The notes beneath the pieces were generated by a model. It saw only the letters and a list, made by a program, of their open reading frames with translations, did no database searches and had not been told where the DNA came from. This document shows, piece after piece, positions 10,927-19,625 of a stretch of DNA of 64,000 bases. Location: the NCBI GenBank assembly GCA_963667175.2, contig CAXXXF010000013.1:160001-224000 (forward strand), given 5' to 3'. Each line of letters starts with the position of its first letter. Positions within the stretch are counted from its first letter, which is position 1. Source of the DNA: Candidatus Latescibacterota bacterium (GTDB lineage Bacteria > Latescibacterota > UBA2968 > GCA-2709665). A program made the translations under genes and the position numbers.

Positions 10927-11247
10927 ATGGCTTCGAAGGAGATCCTCGAGCAAGTACGTCTCGCCGCGTCTCACCGCATTCTATTTCTCCCCCATGCCGT
11001 TCGCCAGATGGCAAGGCCAGACAGAATGATTGCGGCAATTGACATTCGTACCGTTATCATGCACGGGGAGTTAATCGAGGATTATCCCGATGATGTTCGC
11101 GGTCACAGTTGCCTTATTCACGGACAAGGCAGTGACCAGCGAGATATTCACGTAGTCTGCGCTCCGAAAGGAGATTTCGTTGCAGTAATCACTGCGTACC
11201 TGCCCTCAGATGACGAGTGGGAGCAAGACTTGCGGACAAGGAGATGA
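10927..11247 (+). CDS. DUF4258-like protein (putative TA toxin)
   Basis: PHAVRQM, GELIEDYPDD.RGHSCLI, IHVVC, VITAYLP..EW motifs. Confidence 0.8.
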   Translation: MASKEILEQVRLAASHRILFLPHAVRQMARPDRMIAAIDIRTVIMHGELIEDYPDDVRGHSCLIHGQGSDQRDIHVVCAPKGDFVAVITAYLPSDDEWEQDLRTRR

Positions 11248-11249
11248 CG

Positions 11250-11462
11250 ATGAACTGCATCCATTGCCATGGGCAAATGGCGCGTTCGAAAGCACCCTTC
11301 CATGTTGACCGCAGCGGTTATCACCTGGTCTTCAATACCGTTCCAGCGTGGGTCTGTGCCCAATGTGGCGAGGCCTACTTCGAAGAGCGCGAAGTCGACG
11401 CGATTCAGAACGCCATAAAAGGACTCGACCGTCAGGCTCGGGTGATTGTTGCTGAAAGTTGA
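11250..11462 (+). CDS. YgiT/MqsA-type zinc finger protein (putative antitoxin)
   Basis: CIHC ... VPAWVCAQCGE; AAGGAG RBS; adjacent to DUF4258 gene. Confidence 0.8.
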   Translation: MNCIHCHGQMARSKAPFHVDRSGYHLVFNTVPAWVCAQCGEAYFEEREVDAIQNAIKGLDRQARVIVAES

Positions 11463-11470
11463 TTCGCTGT

Positions 11471-11755
11471 CACTGCTGTCCAAGAACCGTCGGATTCCCA
11501 GAGATAAGGTTCGAAAAATGGCTTCAATAGGCGATTTTGGACGGGTTTGACCCGGATATTGAAAACCAGGTTTGCCATCGTCTGCGCAATGCTGTCCAAG
11601 AACAAGGTGACGTTTCCAGCGGCCATAATTGTGCTGTTTCCATCTCAATAAGCCCGTGAAATAAGCATTTTGTGAATCTCAGGCGATCTTGGTCGAGGGA
11701 TGGCTTCGCGGAAGTGAACCAGATGCTGTCCAAGACAGAAACTGATTTTGGACAG
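11471..11755. mobile_element. 285-bp MITE-like element, family A, copy 1
   Basis: Identical by eye to 14667-14951; CTGTCCAA...TTGGACAG inverted ends; three internal TGCTGTCCAAGA repeats. Confidence 0.8.
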
Positions 11756-11818
11756 GTGTGATCATCCATATGAACTCGAGAACAATGTAGTTTGCGTTTG
11801 CTACAGTAGAGGGGAATA

Positions 11819-12892
11819 ATGGGTAATAATCACGCGACTCCTGCCCAGCAACTCGCAGGCAGAGACCTGCCTAATGGTTGGAAGGTCGGTAAGTTGATTG
11901 AGCGACCAGAAACAGCAACCGGGGGACACTTCTCCACGTCTTACATCGTTCGCTCTGAAACTGGGGAAGAGGCATTTCTCAAGGCAATGGATTACACCAA
12001 AGCGCTTGAGTCACCGGACCCGGCACGGGCACTGCAATTAATGACGGCTGCGTATAACTTCGAACGGGACATACTAGAAAAATGTAAATCAAAACACCTA
12101 TCTCGCATTGTTAGAGTTCTTGACTACGGAACGCTCCCGTCCCAAAAGGGTAATCCAAGTAGCGTGGTCCAGTATCTGATTTTCGAATTGGCAAAACACG
12201 ACATTCGGTCATTCGTAGGTTGGGAGCGAAATTTCGATACAGCTTGGTCATTGCGTACGATGCATCAGGCAACAGCGGCATTGCAGCAACTTCACTCTTT
12301 GGAAATAGCCCATCAAGATCTAAAACCGTCGAACGTTCTGATTTTTGAAGATGACCAATCAAAGTTGGCAGATTTGGGACGAGCATTTGATCGCCACAGC
12401 AGGTCGCCTCATGACGAGTCAGCCTGCGCGGGTGATTTAACCTATGCGCCGCCGGAGCTATTATATAGCCATGTTCCAGCAGACTGGAGGGTTCGTCGGT
12501 TAGGATGCGACCTGTACCTATTGGGCAGTCTTGTAGTGTTCTTTTGCACGGGAGTATCCCTGACTCACTTGCTTCTTATGAGGCTTGACGAGGAACACCG
12601 ACCCACGAAATGGGGCGGCACGTACAAAGAGGTATTGCCATATCTCCAACATCGTTTAATGCAGATCATTCGGGAGTTACGTGGGATGATTCGGATAGAC
12701 TTCGCTGATGAAATCGCAGATATAGTGAAACAGCTTTGTAATCCTGATCCCACATTGCGGGGCCATCCCAAGAACAACAAATTTAACCGCAACCAGTACT
12801 CTCTCGAGCGGTATGTGTCCATTTTTAACCTTCTCGCCAAGAAGGCAGAATGGTCACTGACGCGTAGAGATCCGATCAGGAGGTCGAACTAG
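11819..12892 (+). CDS. Hanks-type Ser/Thr protein kinase
   Basis: GGHFS loop, AFLK lysine, HQDLKPSN catalytic loop, LADLG, YAPPE, CDLYLLG. Confidence 0.9.
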   Translation: MGNNHATPAQQLAGRDLPNGWKVGKLIERPETATGGHFSTSYIVRSETGEEAFLKAMDYTKALESPDPARALQLMTAAYNFERDILEKCKSKHLSRIVRVLDYGTLPSQKGNPSSVVQYLIFELAKHDIRSFVGWERNFDTAWSLRTMHQATAALQQLHSLEIAHQDLKPSNVLIFEDDQSKLADLGRAFDRHSRSPHDESACAGDLTYAPPELLYSHVPADWRVRRLGCDLYLLGSLVVFFCTGVSLTHLLLMRLDEEHRPTKWGGTYKEVLPYLQHRLMQIIRELRGMIRIDFADEIADIVKQLCNPDPTLRGHPKNNKFNRNQYSLERYVSIFNLLAKKAEWSLTRRDPIRRSN

Positions 12893-12894
12893 CC

Positions 12895-14427
12895 ATGGCC
12901 GGATTTAGTACGGACAAAGACCGGAGAGTCATCCCTCGTTGGAGAACTCTCGACAAGACTATTGTGCTTGGCGAACTCAATTCGGTCGCGCCACCTCTCG
13001 CCTATCAGATGGTTACTGCCGATTCCTTGAAATCAAGAATCATGGATTGGTTGGAACACCAGACGGTAGGCCATGCGGCAGATCTTGTTGGTGCAAGTCT
13101 CACACTCGGTGCAGAAACAGAGGTCGCCAAAGCTGCAAAGTTTCTATTGCAAGACGATCGCAATGCATCGCCGTGGGCTAGAGAGCTTGCAGAGCACGCG
13201 TTAAAGACTACATACATCGATAAGGCAAATCCGATCTCAGCCGTAACTGGAGATGAACTTTCGCAAAATAGCATCGCAACTTTACGTAAACTGCTTCGAA
13301 ACGAACCTAGGGATCCAATCACTTGGGTGGAACTCTCGCGCGCATATACCATTCTTGGGCACGGAAAACAGGCTGAACGAGCTATGACCGTTGCGTTGCA
13401 GCTTGCTTTTGACAACCGTTTCGTTCTTCGTGCCGCGAGTAGGCTCTGGGTACATCGCAAGGATCCGGAGAAAGCGCACGACATAATCGCCAAATCAGAA
13501 AGAACCCCTTTTGATCCGTGGTTGTTGGCTGCCGAGATCGCGATAGGTAGTATTGATGGAAGGAAACCAAGATTCGTTAAGGCTGCACGGCGAATGCTTC
13601 ACGAAAGCCATTTTTCGCGTGTCCACATAAGTGAACTTGCGTCAGCGATAGCCACATTGGAATTCAATCATGGAAACGTAAAAAGATCTCGTCAGCTCTT
13701 TGACCTATCTCTAGAAAATCCGACTGAAAACAGTATTGCTCAAGCCGCTTGGGCATCGAGACAAAACACGTCAATTTGCATCGACGAGGGACATTTGGAT
13801 CGCCCCAATACATTCGAGGCACGCGCTTGGTCATTTTACAATCGAAGTCAGTGGAACCGGGTAATCGAAGAATGCCGGCTGTGGCAGTCAGATCAACCAT
13901 TTTCGAGTCGGCCAAGTGTTCTAGGTTCCTATGTGGCAGCGGTTGCGCTTGAAGATTACGATACGAGTACATCGTTTGCCGAACCCGGTCTAAAGGCTAA
14001 TCCGGCTAATGTCACGTTGCTGAATAACATGGCGTTCGCGTTAATAAACCGTAGCGGGAAGGGTGACATTGACAAAGCGAAAAGAGCGCTTTCGCGAGTG
14101 GATCATTTGCCTGTATCTAAGCAGGAGCGCGTTGCTATTAAAGCGACTCGTGGACTATTGGCGTTCCAGACAGGAGATGTAGCCGAGGGTCATCGAATGT
14201 ATTCGGATGCACGATCGGATGCCCGAAGATTGCAGGATAATAAATTACATGCCTTGGCATCTGCTTTTCATGTCATTGCTGGCTCGTTAGATAGATCCTC
14301 TGACAAAAGTCCCACAGGTTCTGAGCCGTTGGACAGGTTGCGACGCGAGCCCGATCCAATCTTCAGGGTGCTCGAACGCAGGCTTGCTAAGATTAAAATA
14401 AAACCTATTACCAGGAGCAGCAAATAG
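12895..14427 (+). CDS. TPR-like alpha-helical repeat protein, coupled to the kinase
   Basis: PRDPITWVELSRAYTILGH and NPANVTLLNNMAFAL TPR-like segments; starts 2 nt after the kinase stop. Confidence 0.7.
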   Translation: MAGFSTDKDRRVIPRWRTLDKTIVLGELNSVAPPLAYQMVTADSLKSRIMDWLEHQTVGHAADLVGASLTLGAETEVAKAAKFLLQDDRNASPWARELAEHALKTTYIDKANPISAVTGDELSQNSIATLRKLLRNEPRDPITWVELSRAYTILGHGKQAERAMTVALQLAFDNRFVLRAASRLWVHRKDPEKAHDIIAKSERTPFDPWLLAAEIAIGSIDGRKPRFVKAARRMLHESHFSRVHISELASAIATLEFNHGNVKRSRQLFDLSLENPTENSIAQAAWASRQNTSICIDEGHLDRPNTFEARAWSFYNRSQWNRVIEECRLWQSDQPFSSRPSVLGSYVAAVALEDYDTSTSFAEPGLKANPANVTLLNNMAFALINRSGKGDIDKAKRALSRVDHLPVSKQERVAIKATRGLLAFQTGDVAEGHRMYSDARSDARRLQDNKLHALASAFHVIAGSLDRSSDKSPTGSEPLDRLRREPDPIFRVLERRLAKIKIKPITRSSK

Positions 14428-14458
14428 TGGTCAGTGGCCGGTGGTCAGGAAGAGCAGT

Positions 14459-15517
<1,059 letters not shown>

Positions 15518-15803
15518 TGTCAGCTTCCGTTTATTTTCATGAATTGCAAATAGTCGACATCCAGGCCCCACCAAGCAAGAGTGGGAGGATGTAAACAATA
15601 CGGTGCTCCCCGTAATAAGTGCGAGACCACGTAATCAACCAATGACCATTGCGGAGTCTACATCGGGTACGAAGCTGACCTCGCTGCAGTAATTGGATCC
15701 CGTTGTACCGATATATTAATGAGACAATTCTCCTTTATAGAGAGAATAATGACGAGGTTGAAGGGGCGCCGACCGAGATACCGCCCGTTACCTATTACGC
15801 CAG

Positions 15804-16265
15804 ATGGAGTGTATTATGGATATGATCAAGATTCTTGCTGGTGGTTTTGTAGGCGCGCTAATTTCCGCGTTTGTCACTTGGCTGATCGCAGCAAAACGTA
15901 CCGTCATCGAGAACATCACTCACGAGCGAGCTAAATGGCGTGAAAAAGTTCGGGAGAGAGCGATGCTCGTTCACGATGCCATGATCAAGAGAAGTGAAGA
16001 AGATCTCGATCGGCATAGAAATGAGTTTCGTGCGCTACTCAATCCGTTCGACTGTGAAGACATGAGCATTATTCGGTGCATTGAACTTCCGAAAAATGGT
16101 GGTGAATTGGTGCACGCTGAGGAATTCGCCGAACGGATAGCGCGACTACTGAAGCACGACTGGGAACGAGCAAAACGTGAAGCCAAAACTTTCTCCTTCC
16201 TCCGACGCAAGCCGAAACTCAAACCCTACCGCGTGTGCTGTTGCCGTTCTACGCGGGGCAGGTGA
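15804..16265 (+). CDS. Hypothetical protein with N-terminal TM helix; native 3' end possibly lost
   Basis: Hydrophobic ILAGGFVGALISAFVTWLI followed by ERAKWREKVR and LLKHDWERAK; its tail runs out of frame over the start of mod. Confidence 0.65.
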   Translation: MECIMDMIKILAGGFVGALISAFVTWLIAAKRTVIENITHERAKWREKVRERAMLVHDAMIKRSEEDLDRHRNEFRALLNPFDCEDMSIIRCIELPKNGGELVHAEEFAERIARLLKHDWERAKREAKTFSFLRRKPKLKPYRVCCCRSTRGR

Positions 16266-17635
16266 AGTGCATCTATATCGATCCGCCGTACAACACGCGT
16301 TCGGCCTTTGAGCATTATGACGACAACCTCGAACACACGAAATGGTTGGCGATGATGTGGCCGCGCCTTGAACTCCTGCGCGACTTGCTGGCGGAGGACG
16401 GTTCGATTTGGGTGTCGATTGACGACAACGAGGCGCACTATCTCAAGATCATTATGGACGAAGTATTCGGAAGAAGGAATTTCGTGGCAAACGTGTTTTG
16501 GCAGAAGACCCACACACGAGAGAATCGAACGGATGTATCGGCTGTACATGACCATATAATACTTTTCGCACGCGACCGGGATGCTTGGAAGGAAGTTCGA
16601 AATGTCCTTCCTGCGTCAGAGAGTCAACTTGAAAGATTCACAAATCCAGATAATGACCCAAGAGGTTCTTGGTCTTCGCTTCCAGCCCATGCAAAGGCTG
16701 AGAAGGGCCGCAGAAAGGAACAGTTTTTCACAGTGACTACCCCAACAGGACGTACGGTTAATCCCCCTCCGGGCCGATGCTGGCTATATACGGAAGAGCG
16801 ATTTGCAGAAATGGTTGCAGACAACCGTATATGGTTTGGAACTGAAGGCACTAACGTCCCCCGGGTAAAGAAATTCCTGTCGGAAGTTCAACAAGGACTC
16901 GTTCCATCTACACTCTGGCTTTACAGAGACGTCGGTACGACTGGAGAAGCAAAAAGTGAAACCACGGGCCTGTTTCCTGGAGAGATACCTTTTTCAACCC
17001 CGAAACCGGAACGTCTGCTTCAACGAATCCTTCATATCGCTACCAATCCAGGCGATCTCGTCCTCGATTCCTTCCTCGGCTCCGGCACGACCGCAGCGGT
17101 GGCGCACAAGATGGGTCGGCGGTACATTGGCATAGAAATGGGTCAACACGCGGTGACACATTGTGTTCCGCGTTTGAGGAAAGTGATCGACGGCGAACAG
17201 GGCGGCATCTCAAAGCTTGTAAATTGGCAGGGCGGTGGTGGATTTCGCTTCTATCGGCTCGGTCCGCCCGTCTTCGACGAGGACGGGCACATTCGATCGG
17301 ATATCCGCTTTTCCGTGCTGGCCGCACATGTCTATTTCAGCGAGACCGGGCGTCCTTGGCGCGGCAACGACGATTCGCCACTCCTCGGTCTGCACGAGGG
17401 GCGCGCCTACGCGCTACTGTACAACGGCATCCTCGGCGACGGGCAACCGGGCCCCGGCAATGTCTTGACCCGAAGGACTCTGACGATGATTCGTCGAGAG
17501 ATTGCGCGAAAGGATGCGGGTTTCGACGGTCCAGTGACCATCTACGGCGAACAGTCGCGCTTATCGCCTTCAACTCTCGATCGTGAGGGCATCGTTTACA
17601 AGCAGACACCTTATGACGTCAAAGTGAGTCGATGA
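16235..17635 (+). CDS. Type III-like (beta-class) N6-adenine DNA methyltransferase Mod, apparently 5'-truncated
   Basis: KCIYIDPPYNT, TPKPERLL, LDSFLGSGTT; begins at LLPFYAGQVK without the usual preceding GDNL segment. Confidence 0.8.
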   Translation: MLLPFYAGQVKCIYIDPPYNTRSAFEHYDDNLEHTKWLAMMWPRLELLRDLLAEDGSIWVSIDDNEAHYLKIIMDEVFGRRNFVANVFWQKTHTRENRTDVSAVHDHIILFARDRDAWKEVRNVLPASESQLERFTNPDNDPRGSWSSLPAHAKAEKGRRKEQFFTVTTPTGRTVNPPPGRCWLYTEERFAEMVADNRIWFGTEGTNVPRVKKFLSEVQQGLVPSTLWLYRDVGTTGEAKSETTGLFPGEIPFSTPKPERLLQRILHIATNPGDLVLDSFLGSGTTAAVAHKMGRRYIGIEMGQHAVTHCVPRLRKVIDGEQGGISKLVNWQGGGGFRFYRLGPPVFDEDGHIRSDIRFSVLAAHVYFSETGRPWRGNDDSPLLGLHEGRAYALLYNGILGDGQPGPGNVLTRRTLTMIRREIARKDAGFDGPVTIYGEQSRLSPSTLDREGIVYKQTPYDVKVSR

Positions 17636-17675
17636 ACCTGCGGAATGCGTCAGCATGTGGGTGTAATCCTACGTC

Positions 17676-19073
17676 GTGCTGTCATTTACGGAGGAGCATT
17701 CACGAGGAGAATGGACGATCGATAGTGAAACATCGCGCATCCGCGACCCGGTCCATGGGCTAATTGTGTTCGGGGACCGAAATGACAAAGCCCGAAACGA
17801 GACGGATGACATCGCCTGGCGTCTGCTCAATACGCCCGAGTTTCAGCGATTGCGCCGAATCCGCCACTTGGGTTTCTCCGACCTGGTATATCCCGGCGCG
17901 ACGCATAGCCGATTTGCACACGCGGTCGGCGTCTATCACACAGCACGTCTGCTCATTGAAGTGATCAGGCGCCGCCTGAAGAACCGTGAGTTTGACAAGG
18001 AACGAGCAACGGTTGCGCTGTTGGCAGCGCTTCTGCACGATATCGGGCATGGGCCTCTGAGTCACGTCTTCGAACAAGCGTCTCAGGCCACGGGCGGTAC
18101 AAAACGCCATGAAGACTGGAGTGCGGAGATCCTCCAGGGAGATACGGAGGTCAACAGCATATTACAGGAGGTGGACAAGGGGTTACCGAGAGAAATTAGC
18201 GCGGTTATTAAGGAGGAAGAGCCGAAGGACATCTACGCCACTGTGGTTTCCAGTCAGTTCGACGCCGACCGACTCGACTACCTGCAGCGGGACCGCCTGA
18301 TGACCGGTGTCGAGTTCGCGCATCTCGATCGTGACTGGCTGTTCGACTGCCTGGAGGTCGGCTCGGTCACAATAGATGAGGATGCGCCGGTAAGGGTACC
18401 CTGTCTATATCTCAATCTCAAGGGTCTGCAAGTGGCGGAGGAATATCTGGAGGCCCGTTTCCGCCTCTACAAGGCGGTCTATATGCACAAGACCACACGG
18501 GCCGCCGAGAAGATGCTTGGCTCTATGCTAAAAACCTTCACGCTGGATTATCGAGACAGCCAACTGGCACAGCAAGAGCCATTATTGCGGTATTTTGTGG
18601 ACGAATCGCCGTCGTTGGGTTCGTATCTCGAACTCGACGATGCGTCGGTTTGGACCACCCTGGCGACTCTTGCTGCTTCATCCGACACTCACGTCGCTGA
18701 GTTAGCAAGCCGTCTGCGCGAACGCCGTCTATACAAGTGCCTGGACGTCGGAATGCAGGCGCAGGACGAAGCACAAGGCAATCTATTCCTCCGCTTCCGG
18801 CGAGAATTGAGGTATCGTTACCTGGGCTTCGACAGCCTTCTGTTCGACGACGCGCCGGTCACGCTATACGACTGGTACAGTTTCGAGGATTCCTCTGCAC
18901 TCAATAAAATACTCGTCAAGACGCGCGCCGAAGATCACGAACCAAAGGACATCGCCAACGTGTCGAGCATTGTACCTGCGCTTCGAGACGCGGAGCGTAT
19001 TCAGCGGGTTTACGCCCCGTGCCAACGCCAAATAGAAGAAATCACTCGCATTATGGAGGAGATCAATAAATGA
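17676..19073 (+). CDS. HD-domain phosphohydrolase (YwfO/SAMHD1-like dNTPase family)
   Basis: IRDPVHG, FQRLRRI, YPGATHSRFAH, LLHDIGHGP.SH, DADRLDYL.RD, VYMHK; start uncertain. Confidence 0.9.
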   Translation: MLSFTEEHSRGEWTIDSETSRIRDPVHGLIVFGDRNDKARNETDDIAWRLLNTPEFQRLRRIRHLGFSDLVYPGATHSRFAHAVGVYHTARLLIEVIRRRLKNREFDKERATVALLAALLHDIGHGPLSHVFEQASQATGGTKRHEDWSAEILQGDTEVNSILQEVDKGLPREISAVIKEEEPKDIYATVVSSQFDADRLDYLQRDRLMTGVEFAHLDRDWLFDCLEVGSVTIDEDAPVRVPCLYLNLKGLQVAEEYLEARFRLYKAVYMHKTTRAAEKMLGSMLKTFTLDYRDSQLAQQEPLLRYFVDESPSLGSYLELDDASVWTTLATLAASSDTHVAELASRLRERRLYKCLDVGMQAQDEAQGNLFLRFRRELRYRYLGFDSLLFDDAPVTLYDWYSFEDSSALNKILVKTRAEDHEPKDIANVSSIVPALRDAERIQRVYAPCQRQIEEITRIMEEINK

Positions 19074-19603
19074 ACGCGAAAGACGTCGTAGTCGACATAG
19101 TTAAACTGAGCGGTCACGAATTGAACGGCCAGACCCGGCTGCAGAGGGAAGCCTACCTGCTGGATCGCTGCGGGGCGAAATTCGGGATCTCGTTCTTCTA
19201 CTACCATCACGGTCCGTATTCCTTCGAGCTAGCGGATGGATGGGCCGACGCAAAAGCCGAAGATCGGATTGAAATCAAGCAAAAGCTCGGCCGGTACGAT
19301 GTCTCATACTTGAGTTTCAAGAAGAAAGCGGCCGATGCCCATCCGGAAAACCTGGGCGAACTTTCAGCCGCCGATGCTCGGGAACGACTACAGAAAATGG
19401 CGCAGGTATCAGACGTCGTTTTGGAACTCGCCGCTACTATCGTATTTCTGAAGGAAAATGGTTATAGTGAGCGGCCAATTGAAGAGTTGAAAATGCGCAA
19501 GCCTATCAAAGCCGCGGGTGGTCGGACCGAGAAAGCCAGGGCTCTTCTCTGCGACCTCGGCCTCAAAAGTGAAGCGACGCTTTCAGAGTCGGCTGCGATT
19601 TAG
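19070..19603 (+). CDS. YwgA/SocA-like protein
   Basis: GQTRLQREAYLL...F.YYHHGPYS.EL and LELAATI motifs; ATGA-coupled to the HD gene. Confidence 0.7.
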   Translation: MNAKDVVVDIVKLSGHELNGQTRLQREAYLLDRCGAKFGISFFYYHHGPYSFELADGWADAKAEDRIEIKQKLGRYDVSYLSFKKKAADAHPENLGELSAADARERLQKMAQVSDVVLELAATIVFLKENGYSERPIEELKMRKPIKAAGGRTEKARALLCDLGLKSEATLSESAAI

Positions 19604-19625
19604 ATAGGATTTCAGGAACTGATCC

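Noticed and set aside
11471-11755. Three TGCTGTCCAAGA repeats as a mini-CRISPR array
   Set aside because: Repeats are only 12 nt with spacings of 116 and 134 nt, there are no cas genes, and the block is duplicated as one unit.
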